From positions 5,060 through 63,939 of the forward strand of contig CAZOYV010000005.1 of NCBI GenBank assembly GCA_964584075.1: a stretch of 58,880 nucleotides of DNA. Direction: 5' to 3'. A program made the translations under genes and the position numbers. The DNA comes from an uncultured Rickettsiales bacterium. Lineage in GTDB: Bacteria; Myxococcota_A; UBA796; UBA9615; CAYRNR01. Positions 22,607-30,801 of this stretch are shown piece by piece (the stretch's first letter is position 1; the number at the start of each line of letters is the position of its first letter). The notes under the pieces were generated by a model. That model searched no databases. It was not told the origin of the DNA and was given only the letters and a program-made list of their open reading frames with translations.

Positions 22607-22682
22607 GGCGGGTCTCCTCGGGCCAACTGTAGCATGGCGCGGGGGCCGGCAGCGGCTATCATCCCCGGTCGAGGAGGCGCCC

Positions 22683-24071
22683 GTGGAGCGCATCGTGGAG
22701 TGCCTGCCGTTCGCCGCCGAGGGGCACGAGTTCCTGCTGGCGATCCCCAGCTCGGCGATCTTCGAGGTCGACCCCGAGGTCGCCTCGTGGGTCCGTCGGG
22801 CGCGGGCGCGAGCGGAGGCACCGCCCGCGATCCCGCCCGAGGTCGCCACCCCGCTGCGGGCGCTCGGCCTGCTGGTCGCGGACGGGGCCCCGACCCCGGC
22901 GCTGCCCGACCCGGTCCCGCTCGGCGCCCCGCTGCAGACCCTGGTGCTGCACCTGACCCACCGCTGCGGGATGCGCTGCGACTACTGCTATGCGGAGCCG
23001 GGTGGCGCTCGGGGACGGGGCGGCGCGGGGGGCGCCCGGCCGGCCGAGATGACGCCGGAGCGCGCGCGGGCGGCGGTGGACTTCCTGTTCGATCAGGCGG
23101 CGCCCGAGGGGCCGCTGGGGATCACGTTCTTCGGCGGCGAGCCGCTGCTCAACCTGGCGGGGCTGCGCGCCGCGGCGGACCGCGCGCGACGCCGCGCCGA
23201 CGCCGCCGGCCGCCCGGTGCGGTTCTCGATCACGACCAGCGCCGTCCCGCTGCCCGCCGGCGCGGTGTCGCTGCTCGCCGAGCTCGGCGCCGAGGTGACG
23301 GTCTCGCTGGACGGGCCGGCGGCGATCCACGACGCACACCGGCGGCTCCCCGGCGGCGAGGGCAGCTACCGGACGACCGTGGACGGGCTGCGGCGGCTCG
23401 CGGCACGCCTGCCGGTGCACGGTCGCGCGACGCTGACGCGGCGGGCGCCCGACCCGGTGCCGGTGGTCGAGCACCTGCTGTCGCTGGGGATGGTCAGCGC
23501 CGGCGTCTCCACCGCCGACGTGCCCCCGGGGCCGCTGGCCTTCGACGACGAGGCCCACGAGATCCTCGGCGCCGGGCTGGAGGTCCTCGCCGCACGGTAC
23601 CTCGACGCGCTCCGTGCCGGCGGGCACCTGGGGTTCGCCAACCTGGACGGGTTGCTGCGCACCCTGCACCGCGGGACCCACCGCGCGCTGCCCTGCGGCG
23701 CCGGGGTACGGCTCGCGGCGTGCGACACCGACGGCACGCTGTACCTCTGCCACCGGCTGACCGGCGATCCGGCCCACGCCCTGGGCTCCCTCGCCACCGG
23801 CCTGTCCCCCGACCGCCCGGCGCGGCTGCGCGCCGCGAGCCTGCAGCGGCGCCCCGGGTGTGCGGACTGCTGGGCCCGTCATCTGTGCGGCGGGGGCTGC
23901 CACCACGCCCGCGCGCTGGCCGCCGCCGCGGGGCGCGAGCGGCCCGACGCCTGCCGCTGGCTGCGGCGCTGGTTCCGTACCGGCCTGGAGGTCTACGGCG
24001 CGGTGGCCGTCGAGCGGCCGGACGTTCTGGACAAATGGATCGATCCGCTCCCCCCCTGCGGAGTAGAGTAG
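22683..24071 (+). CDS. qhpD: Radical SAM/SPASM peptide maturase, QhpD/PeaB-like thioether cross-linker
   Basis: GAGGAGG RBS then GTG; N-terminal RRE-like IPSSAIFEVD; CxxxCxxC (CGMRCDYC); FFGGEPLLN; VSLDG; GFANL..LHRG..LPCGAG; LCHRL; CADCWARHLCGGGCHH; C-terminal WFRTGLEVY. Confidence 0.88.
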   Translation: MERIVECLPFAAEGHEFLLAIPSSAIFEVDPEVASWVRRARARAEAPPAIPPEVATPLRALGLLVADGAPTPALPDPVPLGAPLQTLVLHLTHRCGMRCDYCYAEPGGARGRGGAGGARPAEMTPERARAAVDFLFDQAAPEGPLGITFFGGEPLLNLAGLRAAADRARRRADAAGRPVRFSITTSAVPLPAGAVSLLAELGAEVTVSLDGPAAIHDAHRRLPGGEGSYRTTVDGLRRLAARLPVHGRATLTRRAPDPVPVVEHLLSLGMVSAGVSTADVPPGPLAFDDEAHEILGAGLEVLAARYLDALRAGGHLGFANLDGLLRTLHRGTHRALPCGAGVRLAACDTDGTLYLCHRLTGDPAHALGSLATGLSPDRPARLRAASLQRRPGCADCWARHLCGGGCHHARALAAAAGRERPDACRWLRRWFRTGLEVYGAVAVERPDVLDKWIDPLPPCGVE

Positions 24072-24076
24072 GCCCG

Positions 24077-24373
24077 ATGGCCGGACGGATCCGCCCCCTC
24101 AACCGCAAGGCCCGGCTGCTCGCCGGCGAGGCCCACGGCGACGTGCGCGGGCAGGCGTTCAGCGAGTGCTCCTCGGTCTTCGCGCCCGGCTGGGAGGTCG
24201 GCGAGTTCGGACAGCCCGATCCCTGTCCCTGGAAGCACGACCTCGAGATGTGCTGGGCGACCTGCTACTGGACCGGCCAGGTGCCGGACATGTACATGTA
24301 CCCCGAGTGGCTCGGCGCCTGTGCCAACATCAACCAGGACTGGCGCGACCTGTGCACCATCCCCGATCACTGA
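24077..24373 (+). CDS. qhpC: QHNDH gamma-subunit-like precursor peptide (CTQ/thioether RiPP), 98 aa
   Basis: Leader RPLNRKAR; core CSSVFAPGWEV..C....DL..C...CYW..QVPD...YP.W......QDWR.L matches the QhpC pattern CTTSFDPGWEV..C.....DL..C...CWW..QV.D...YP.W......QDWR.L; hidden at the end of ORF 21389..24373. Confidence 0.88.
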   Translation: MAGRIRPLNRKARLLAGEAHGDVRGQAFSECSSVFAPGWEVGEFGQPDPCPWKHDLEMCWATCYWTGQVPDMYMYPEWLGACANINQDWRDLCTIPDH

Positions 24374-25407
24374 TCCGCCGCGCCGCCCGGTCGGCCGCCC
24401 CGCTGCTGCTCGCCGCGCTCCTCGCGGCGGTTTCCGCCGGGCCACTGCGCGCCGAGACGGCGTGGGTCGCCAGCACCGCGATCCAGCTCGTCGATCTCGA
24501 CTCCGGGGCCCTCGCGGGGCAGCTCGTCGTGGCCGCCGACCAGGTGGTCGAGCAGATCGCGTTCGACCCGGCCGGCGACACCGCGCTGGTGGCCTCGATG
24601 GGGGGCCTGTTCCCGGTGGACCCCGACACCCTCGAGGTCGGCGCGCCGTGGTCGCCGCGGCCGACCTGCTCGGTGGCCCGCGCCGCCGCGGCCGACCGCG
24701 CCGTGGCGCTGCACCTGCTGCCCCCCGGGGAGGGGCTGGCCAACCGCGAGCGGGGCATCCCCTCGACGGTCACGCTGCAGGTCTACGAGGCCTCCAGCGG
24801 GACCCCGCTGGCCGCCGCGGAGGTCCACGGCCGGCCACTGCGCGCGGCGATCGCGCCCGACGGCGACCGGATCTACGTGCTCGACTCCAACGAGGCGCGG
24901 CTGTCGGTCTACGACGGGGCCGCCCGCCCGCTGGGCGAGGTCGACCTGGCCCCCGACGGCGCGGCGCCGGCGCTGTGCACCGACCTGGCGCTGGCCCCCG
25001 ACGGCGCCTCGCTGGCCGTGATGCGCCGCGGCCCGGGCGGCGCGGCGCTGCTGGTGGTCCACCCCCGCGACCCGGTGGCGAGCAGCGCGGTGCGCATCGA
25101 GCCGCTGGGCGCCGAGCCCCAGGCCCGCGGCGTGGCGCAGGCCCCCGACGGCGCGATCTTCCTGTCCGCGATCGGGCACCTGGCCCGCTACCACGCCGAC
25201 CGGCCGGGCGCCCTGTGGCGCGACGTCGGGCACCAGTTCTCGCTCGTCGCGGTGACCCCCAGCGGGCGGCACGTGGTGATGGCGACGCCGACCTTCGACG
25301 AGGCCCGCGGGACCGGCGCGGTGCTGGTCGCGGACCCCGAGGGCAACCCGCTGCGGGTGATCGAGCTGACCGGGCTGTCGCCCTACACCCTCGCCATCCA
25401 GCCGTGA
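24352..25407 (+). CDS. Secreted beta-propeller, QhpB (QHNDH beta subunit)/YncE-like; start uncertain (GTG 24352 or CTG 24370)
   Basis: Signal peptide LLLAALLAAVSAGPLRA; repeated blade motifs AFDPAG, IAPDGDRIYV, LAPDG, APDG, VTPSG; immediately after qhpC as in qhp operons. Confidence 0.7.
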   Translation: MHHPRSLIRRAARSAAPLLLAALLAAVSAGPLRAETAWVASTAIQLVDLDSGALAGQLVVAADQVVEQIAFDPAGDTALVASMGGLFPVDPDTLEVGAPWSPRPTCSVARAAAADRAVALHLLPPGEGLANRERGIPSTVTLQVYEASSGTPLAAAEVHGRPLRAAIAPDGDRIYVLDSNEARLSVYDGAARPLGEVDLAPDGAAPALCTDLALAPDGASLAVMRRGPGGAALLVVHPRDPVASSAVRIEPLGAEPQARGVAQAPDGAIFLSAIGHLARYHADRPGALWRDVGHQFSLVAVTPSGRHVVMATPTFDEARGTGAVLVADPEGNPLRVIELTGLSPYTLAIQP

Positions 25408-26288
25408 GCGCGCGCCCCGGCTGGCCCGGCCGCCCCCCCGGCCTGTCGCTGCACCTCGGGCCGGACCTCGAGCGGACGCCGACCGTCCCCCGGTGGGTCC
25501 CCGAGCCGCGCCGCGTCGACCGCGTCCGCACCGGCTCGTCGCTGTGCCCGCGGCTGCTGTCGCCCCCCGACCGGCTGCGCCACGCCGCCCACGCCGCGCA
25601 GCGCAGCGCCGCCCGGCTGGAGCTGGAGACCCCCCCGCTGGGCGACCGCGACCTCGACCGGCTGCGGCGCCTGCTGGATCGCCTCGACCAGGTCGCGCCG
25701 CGGGCCGAGGTGGTGGTCAACGACTGGGGGGCGCTGCGCGTCGTGCGCCGCGAGCACCCCTCGCTGGTGCCGGTGATCGGGCGGGTCCTGCACCGCCAGA
25801 TGCGGGACCCGCGGATCCCCGCGGTCGATCCCGCGCGCCTGGGCCGCTGGCCGGTCACGTGGGGCCGCGGCGCCGCCACGTCGCCGTCGTGGATCGCGCT
25901 GGTCCGCCGCTGGGGCGTCGGCCGGATCGAGCTCGACTGGCCGCTCCACGGGCTCGACCGGGCCGCCTGGCGCGACCCCGGGGTGGCGCTGTCGCTGCAC
26001 CTGCCGCTGGCGCTGGTCGCCGCCGGCCGCAGCTGCCTGCTGCGCGACCCCCGCGGCGCCGTGGATCGCGCCGACGGGGGCGACCGCTGCGACCGGTCGT
26101 GCACCCACACCGCCGTGCACCTCGAGGCGCCGTGGACGACGTCCGCGGCGGGCGCCCCGGCCGAGGTCCTACGGCTGGGCAACGCCGAGCTGGTGCGGCT
26201 GCCCGCGGAGACCCGCGAGGCCGCGCTGGCGTGGGCCGCGGACCCGGCGGGGCCGGACCGCGTGGTGCTGTTCCCGGAGGAGCCGTGA
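25404..26288 (+). CDS. U32-family Fe-S protein, UbiV-like partner subunit
   Basis: GTGA-coupled; RVRTGSSLC, EVVVNDWGAL, GRVLHRQMRDPR, RIELD, and C..C-x17-C-x3-C (GRSC..CDRSC) four-Cys pattern resembling UbiV. Confidence 0.7.
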   Translation: MSARPGWPGRPPGLSLHLGPDLERTPTVPRWVPEPRRVDRVRTGSSLCPRLLSPPDRLRHAAHAAQRSAARLELETPPLGDRDLDRLRRLLDRLDQVAPRAEVVVNDWGALRVVRREHPSLVPVIGRVLHRQMRDPRIPAVDPARLGRWPVTWGRGAATSPSWIALVRRWGVGRIELDWPLHGLDRAAWRDPGVALSLHLPLALVAAGRSCLLRDPRGAVDRADGGDRCDRSCTHTAVHLEAPWTTSAAGAPAEVLRLGNAELVRLPAETREAALAWAADPAGPDRVVLFPEEP

Positions 26289-27265
26289 GCGTCGCGATCC
26301 TGGCCCCCTGCGCCTCGGCCGACGAGGTCGAGCCGCTGGTGCGGGCCGGTGCCGGCGAGCTGTACTGCGGGGTCTACGACGAGGCCTGGGCACGGCGCTG
26401 GGGCCTGGGGGCGTGGCCCAACCGGCGCGGCCCGGGGCCCGGCAACCTGGGCAGCCTCGACGAGCTGCGCGCGCTGGGCGCGGCCGCCGGCGGCGAGGGG
26501 GTGCCGGTGTACCTGACGCTCAACGCCCCGTACTACGCCCCCGAGCAGGAGGACGCGGTGGTGCGCCTGGCCCACGAGGCCGCGGCGGGCGGCTGGGTCG
26601 CGGGGCTGGTGATCGGCGACCCCGGGGTGCTGGCCCGGCTGCGCGCCGAGGGCGTCGCCGCGCGGCTGGTGGCGAGCACGCTGTGCACCGCGCGCAACGC
26701 CGAGGCGGTGCGGTTCCTGGCGGAGTGCGGCGCCGCCCGCGTGATCCTCAGCCGCGAGCTGTCCGTCGCGGAGATCGTCGCGCTGCGCGGCGCGGTGCCC
26801 GGCACCGAGCTCGAGGTCTTCGTGCTCGGCGACGCCTGCGCCTTCGAGGAGGGCAGCTGCGCCACCGCGCACACGCTCCCCGATCACGGCGTGTACTGCA
26901 TGACCCCGTGGCGCTGCCGCGGCGCGGACCCGGCCGTGGAGCACGCGGTGGAGCAACACCGCCTGCGCCTGGCGAGCCTGGCGCCGCGGGGCTACGGGCC
27001 CCGCAGCGGGCTGCCGCTGGGCCCCTGCGGGCTGTGCGCGCTGCCCGAGCTGGCCGCCGCGGGGATCGACTCGGTCAAGATCGTCGGGCGCGAGGCGCAC
27101 CCGTACCGCAAGGTCCGCTCGGTGCAGATGGTGCGCCACGTGCTCGACGGGCTCGACGAGGGGGGGGCCGACGAGGCGCGGCGGCGGGCGCTGGCGCTGC
27201 GGGACGACCCCGGGGGCTGCCGCGCCGGGCTGTCGTGCAGCTTCCCCGAGCTGCGCCCGCGGTGA
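26285..27265 (+). CDS. U32-family Fe-S protein, UbiU-like
   Basis: GTGA-coupled; ILAP..AGAGELYCG, VYLTLN, RVILSRELSVAEI, ELEVFV, C-x6-C-x12-C...CGLC, DSVKIVGRE (U32 'S.KIEGR' motif). Confidence 0.88.
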   Translation: MSVAILAPCASADEVEPLVRAGAGELYCGVYDEAWARRWGLGAWPNRRGPGPGNLGSLDELRALGAAAGGEGVPVYLTLNAPYYAPEQEDAVVRLAHEAAAGGWVAGLVIGDPGVLARLRAEGVAARLVASTLCTARNAEAVRFLAECGAARVILSRELSVAEIVALRGAVPGTELEVFVLGDACAFEEGSCATAHTLPDHGVYCMTPWRCRGADPAVEHAVEQHRLRLASLAPRGYGPRSGLPLGPCGLCALPELAAAGIDSVKIVGREAHPYRKVRSVQMVRHVLDGLDEGGADEARRRALALRDDPGGCRAGLSCSFPELRPR

Positions 27266-27292
27266 CCCCCGTTTTTGCTACGATGACTCCCC

Positions 27293-27997
27293 GTGAGCGG
27301 GCGCTCCGTTCCCATCGCGGTGATCGACAGCGGCATCCACGCCGGCCACCCGCACCTCGCCGGCGTCCCGGTGGAGGGGCTGGCGGTGACCTCCGGGAGC
27401 GGCGGCCTGGGGCTGGTCCCCGACGACCGGGACGTCCACGGCCACGGCACCGCGGTCGCCGCCGCCATCGCGCGGCGCGGGGCGCCGGTGCGTCTGATCG
27501 GGGTCCGCGTGCTCGACCGCGCGCTGCGCTGCGAGGCCGCGGCCCTGGCGTTCGCGATCGAGGCCGGCGCGCGACGCGGGGCGGTGCTGATCAACTGCTC
27601 GCTGGCGACGGACGCGGAGGGCGCGCGTGATCCCCTCGCCGCGGCGGTGGCGCGGGCCGGCGAGCGGGGCGCGTGGGTCGTGGCGGCGGCGCCGGCGACG
27701 GGCCGGGGCTGGCCCGCCGATCTGGACGGCGTGATCGCCGCGGTCGCCGAGCCGGGCTGTCCCCCCGGGCGTTGCGTCCCGCGCGGCCCGCTGCGGTTCG
27801 GGGCCCACGGCGCGGCCCGTCCGCCGGAGGGGCGACCGCGGGCCGGCAACCTGGCCGGGAACAGCCTGGCCGCGGCGCACCTGACCGCGCTGGCGGCGGA
27901 GCTGGTCGCCGGCGGCGGGATCGACTCGGTGGCCCGGCTCGCCGGAGAGCTGGCGGATCGCTTCGGCGGGGGGCAGCGGAGAGGAGGGCACGGCTGA
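27293..27997 (+). CDS. Short S8 subtilisin-like protease without signal or propeptide, QhpE-like leader peptidase
   Basis: Catalytic triad VIDSG, HGHGTAVA, GNSLAAAH; 234 aa. Confidence 0.8.
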   Translation: MSGRSVPIAVIDSGIHAGHPHLAGVPVEGLAVTSGSGGLGLVPDDRDVHGHGTAVAAAIARRGAPVRLIGVRVLDRALRCEAAALAFAIEAGARRGAVLINCSLATDAEGARDPLAAAVARAGERGAWVVAAAPATGRGWPADLDGVIAAVAEPGCPPGRCVPRGPLRFGAHGAARPPEGRPRAGNLAGNSLAAAHLTALAAELVAGGGIDSVARLAGELADRFGGGQRRGGHG

Positions 27998-29511
27998 TGC
28001 CCGCATGGCGCTGGTTGGTGGCGGTGGGGTTGGCGTGGTGCGCGGTGGCGGGGGTGGCGGGCGCCAACCAGGGCGACATCATGGGGCTCGGGGCCGCGGC
28101 GATGGGCCGCGGGGGCGGCGGCGTGGCGATCGCCGACGACGTCTTCGCGCTGTACTACAACCCCGCGGGGATGGCCCAGGGCAACGGCGGGTTCTCGTTC
28201 GGCGCCCACGGCGGCCACATGCGGTTCCAGGGCTTCCCGCCGATCGCGTGGGACGCCACCAACGACGGGATCATCAACCCCGACAACCCGTACGACCGGT
28301 GGACCGTCAGCGAGGACGACTACGACGACCCCAGCGGCTACCACGCCGGGCTGGTCAAGGGCTACACCAAGTGGCTGCGGCTGGGGCTGTGCCTGTCGCT
28401 GCCGTGGAAGCGGATCATCTCCGTCGAGCAGGTCGACCCCTACCTCCCCTACTACGTCCGCTGGAAGAACCGGCCCCAGCGGATCAGCCTCTACGCCGGC
28501 CTCTCGGTCCAGCCGATCGACGGGCTGGCGTTCGGGTTCTCGCTGGCGATCCTGGCGCGCTGCAAGCTGGTCCTCGACTTCGACCTCGACGCGGCGATCA
28601 ACGACGAGCAGCTGCAGAACGGCACCGACGAGACGCTGGTCCTCGACTTCGACGTCAACCCCCGCTACATCGAGCTCGACGTGCGCCCGGCGTTCGCCCC
28701 GATCGCCGGCTTCCGGCTGGACATGAAGCTGTTCACCGACAAGCTCGCCGGGTGGAGCTGGGGGTTCGTCTACCGCCACCCGATCAACCTGCTGATCGAG
28801 CCGACGATCCTGGGGCTCAACCTGTACGGCAAGGCCGAGGACATCGGCTCGCTGGAGACGATCATCATCCCGCTGCAGGCGCGGGTGTTCTTCACCATCC
28901 TGGACTACTTCACGCCGCGCCAGATCGCGTTCGGCACCGCCCTGCGCAAGGAGCGCTTCAGCGCGTACGTCGACGTCTCGTGGAACCAGTGGTCCAAGGC
29001 GCTGCCCAGCGTCGGCCGGATCAACGAGACCGACACCGACGTCAAGATCGGCCTGATCGACCTCGACCCCACCGCCTACAACGCCCGCGACTACGATCCG
29101 CTGGGCTGGAAGGACACCTGGATCCTCCGCGTCGGCGGGGAGCTCACGCCGCCGGAGATGCCGATCCCGAACAAGCTCCGGTACCTGGGCTTCACCGTCC
29201 GCTTCGGCTACGCCTACGACCCCACGTGGGTCCCCGAGCAGACCGGGCTGACCAACTTCATGGACAGCGACCACCACGTGTTCTCCCTCGGCGGCGGGGT
29301 CCGCGCCGCCGACCCGTTCGAGTGGATCGACGGGCCGATCAAGCTCGACGCGTTCCTCCAGATCCAGAAGATGGTCGAGCGGACCCACACCAAGGACGCC
29401 AGCCTCGTCGCCGCGGACGGCAGCGTCCCGCCGGGGTATCCGCTGACGGGCGAAATCGTCAGCGACGGGATCGTGATCGCGGCGGGGGGGACGGTCACGT
29501 TCGTGTATTGA
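27997..29511 (+). CDS. FadL/OmpP1-family outer-membrane transporter
   Basis: TGATG-coupled to the S8 gene; signal peptide; AMGRGG.GVA.ADD..ALYYNPAGM hatch motif; WKDTW.LRVGGE, RFGYAYDPT; aromatic C-terminus. Confidence 0.85.
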   Translation: MPAWRWLVAVGLAWCAVAGVAGANQGDIMGLGAAAMGRGGGGVAIADDVFALYYNPAGMAQGNGGFSFGAHGGHMRFQGFPPIAWDATNDGIINPDNPYDRWTVSEDDYDDPSGYHAGLVKGYTKWLRLGLCLSLPWKRIISVEQVDPYLPYYVRWKNRPQRISLYAGLSVQPIDGLAFGFSLAILARCKLVLDFDLDAAINDEQLQNGTDETLVLDFDVNPRYIELDVRPAFAPIAGFRLDMKLFTDKLAGWSWGFVYRHPINLLIEPTILGLNLYGKAEDIGSLETIIIPLQARVFFTILDYFTPRQIAFGTALRKERFSAYVDVSWNQWSKALPSVGRINETDTDVKIGLIDLDPTAYNARDYDPLGWKDTWILRVGGELTPPEMPIPNKLRYLGFTVRFGYAYDPTWVPEQTGLTNFMDSDHHVFSLGGGVRAADPFEWIDGPIKLDAFLQIQKMVERTHTKDASLVAADGSVPPGYPLTGEIVSDGIVIAAGGTVTFVY

Positions 29512-29549
29512 CCCGTCTCGCTCCAAATCCCCGCGCAGATCAGGAAGAA

Positions 29550-29689
29550 GGAGGGTTCTCACGCAAAGGCGTAAAGTCGCAAAGAGCGGTAGGAGAACCA
29601 AGGACAATCTCCCTTCGACGGCCCCCCTCCGTGGGGCCCCTTCTCTTCTCCTCCCTTTGCGCCTTTGAGCCTTTGCGTGAGAACCCTCC
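29550..29689. repeat. Long imperfect inverted repeat (MITE/REP-like element) with internal 9-bp CGCAAAG periodicity
   Basis: Left arm 29550-29584 GGAGGGTTCTCACGCAAAGGCGTAAAGTCGCAAAG matches the reverse complement of 29655-29689 at 32 of 35 positions. Confidence 0.85.
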
Positions 29690-29794
29690 GCGCCTCTGCT
29701 CCCTTTGCGCCTTCTCCTCACTCTGTCCCCGATCCTCCCCGCTCCAGCGTCTCTGTATCGACGCCTCGATACAGCCCATACCTGGAGAGTCGCC

Positions 29795-30766
29795 ATGAGC
29801 CGCCGGATCGTCGCCGCCCTGCTCCCCGCATTGCTGCTGCTCGCCGCCCCCGGCTGCGAGATGCCGGACCCCGAGGCCGAGCTCGACGCCCGCATCGCCG
29901 AGATCATCGGCGGCGAGGTGGACGAGGACGACGAGTACCTGCCGGTGGTGGCGATCTACTTCTTCATCACGGTCTGGGAGGGCGGGCTGTGCTCGGGCAC
30001 GATCGTCAACGACGAGTGGATCCTGACCGCCGCCCACTGCCCGGTGGACGGCTTCGCGATGGGCTCCAGCCGGGTCTACGTCGGCCATGACATGAACGCC
30101 GGCGACGTGACCAAGCTGGAGTTCGACGAGGTCGAGATCCACCCGGACTACGGCTACGACTACGGCGTCCCGTTCAACGACGTGGCGGTGATCCACCTGG
30201 CCGAGCCCAGCCCGGTCGAGGGGATCCCGATCCAGCGCGACGAGCTCACCGACGATCTGATCGGCGAGGAGCTGACCTACGTCGGGTTCGGGGTCACCTC
30301 CAACGACCCCGACGCCCAGGTGGACGGGCTCAAGCGCCACGTGGACATCGAGGTCGCCGACGTCTACCCGTTCGACTTCGACGTGCTGTACTACGAAAGC
30401 GCGTCGACGGGGACCGCGCACGGGGACTCCGGCGGGCCCGCGCTGTACGACTTCGGCGACGGGCCGCGGGTCGTCGGCGTGACCTCGTGGGGCGGCGGCC
30501 AGTACGGTGTCAGCATGGCCGTCGACAAGATGGCCGACTGGATCGACGGCCACACCGGCGGCGACTCGGCCCCGTGGGACGACGACGACGCCGGCGACGA
30601 CGACGACTCCGCCGCGGACGACGACGACGGCGACGACGACTCGGCCGGCGGGGACGACGACGGCGAGGGCTGCGAGTGCCGCAGCGGCCCCGGCGGGACC
30701 ACCGCGGCCGGACTGCCGCTGGGGCTGCTGCTGGCACTGCTCGCCCTGCGCCGCTTCCGCCCGTGA
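29795..30766 (+). CDS. Trypsin-fold (S1) serine protease, lipoprotein with Asp-rich linker and MYXO-CTERM-like tail
   Basis: IIGG, CSGTI, LTAAHC, DVAVI, GDSGGP, GVTSWG; tail GCEC..LLLALLALRRFRP. Confidence 0.92.
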   Translation: MSRRIVAALLPALLLLAAPGCEMPDPEAELDARIAEIIGGEVDEDDEYLPVVAIYFFITVWEGGLCSGTIVNDEWILTAAHCPVDGFAMGSSRVYVGHDMNAGDVTKLEFDEVEIHPDYGYDYGVPFNDVAVIHLAEPSPVEGIPIQRDELTDDLIGEELTYVGFGVTSNDPDAQVDGLKRHVDIEVADVYPFDFDVLYYESASTGTAHGDSGGPALYDFGDGPRVVGVTSWGGGQYGVSMAVDKMADWIDGHTGGDSAPWDDDDAGDDDDSAADDDDGDDDSAGGDDDGEGCECRSGPGGTTAAGLPLGLLLALLALRRFRP

Positions 30767-30801
30767 GCGCGGATGGCTACGGTACCGTTGGAGACACACC
30801 G

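Noticed and set aside
25404-27265. U32 pair as true ubiUV (anaerobic ubiquinone synthesis) or as collagenase-type proteases
   Set aside because: No ubiT/SCP2 or other ubi genes nearby; the pair is embedded by overlaps in a peptide-maturation operon that already has a protease. Not formally excluded.
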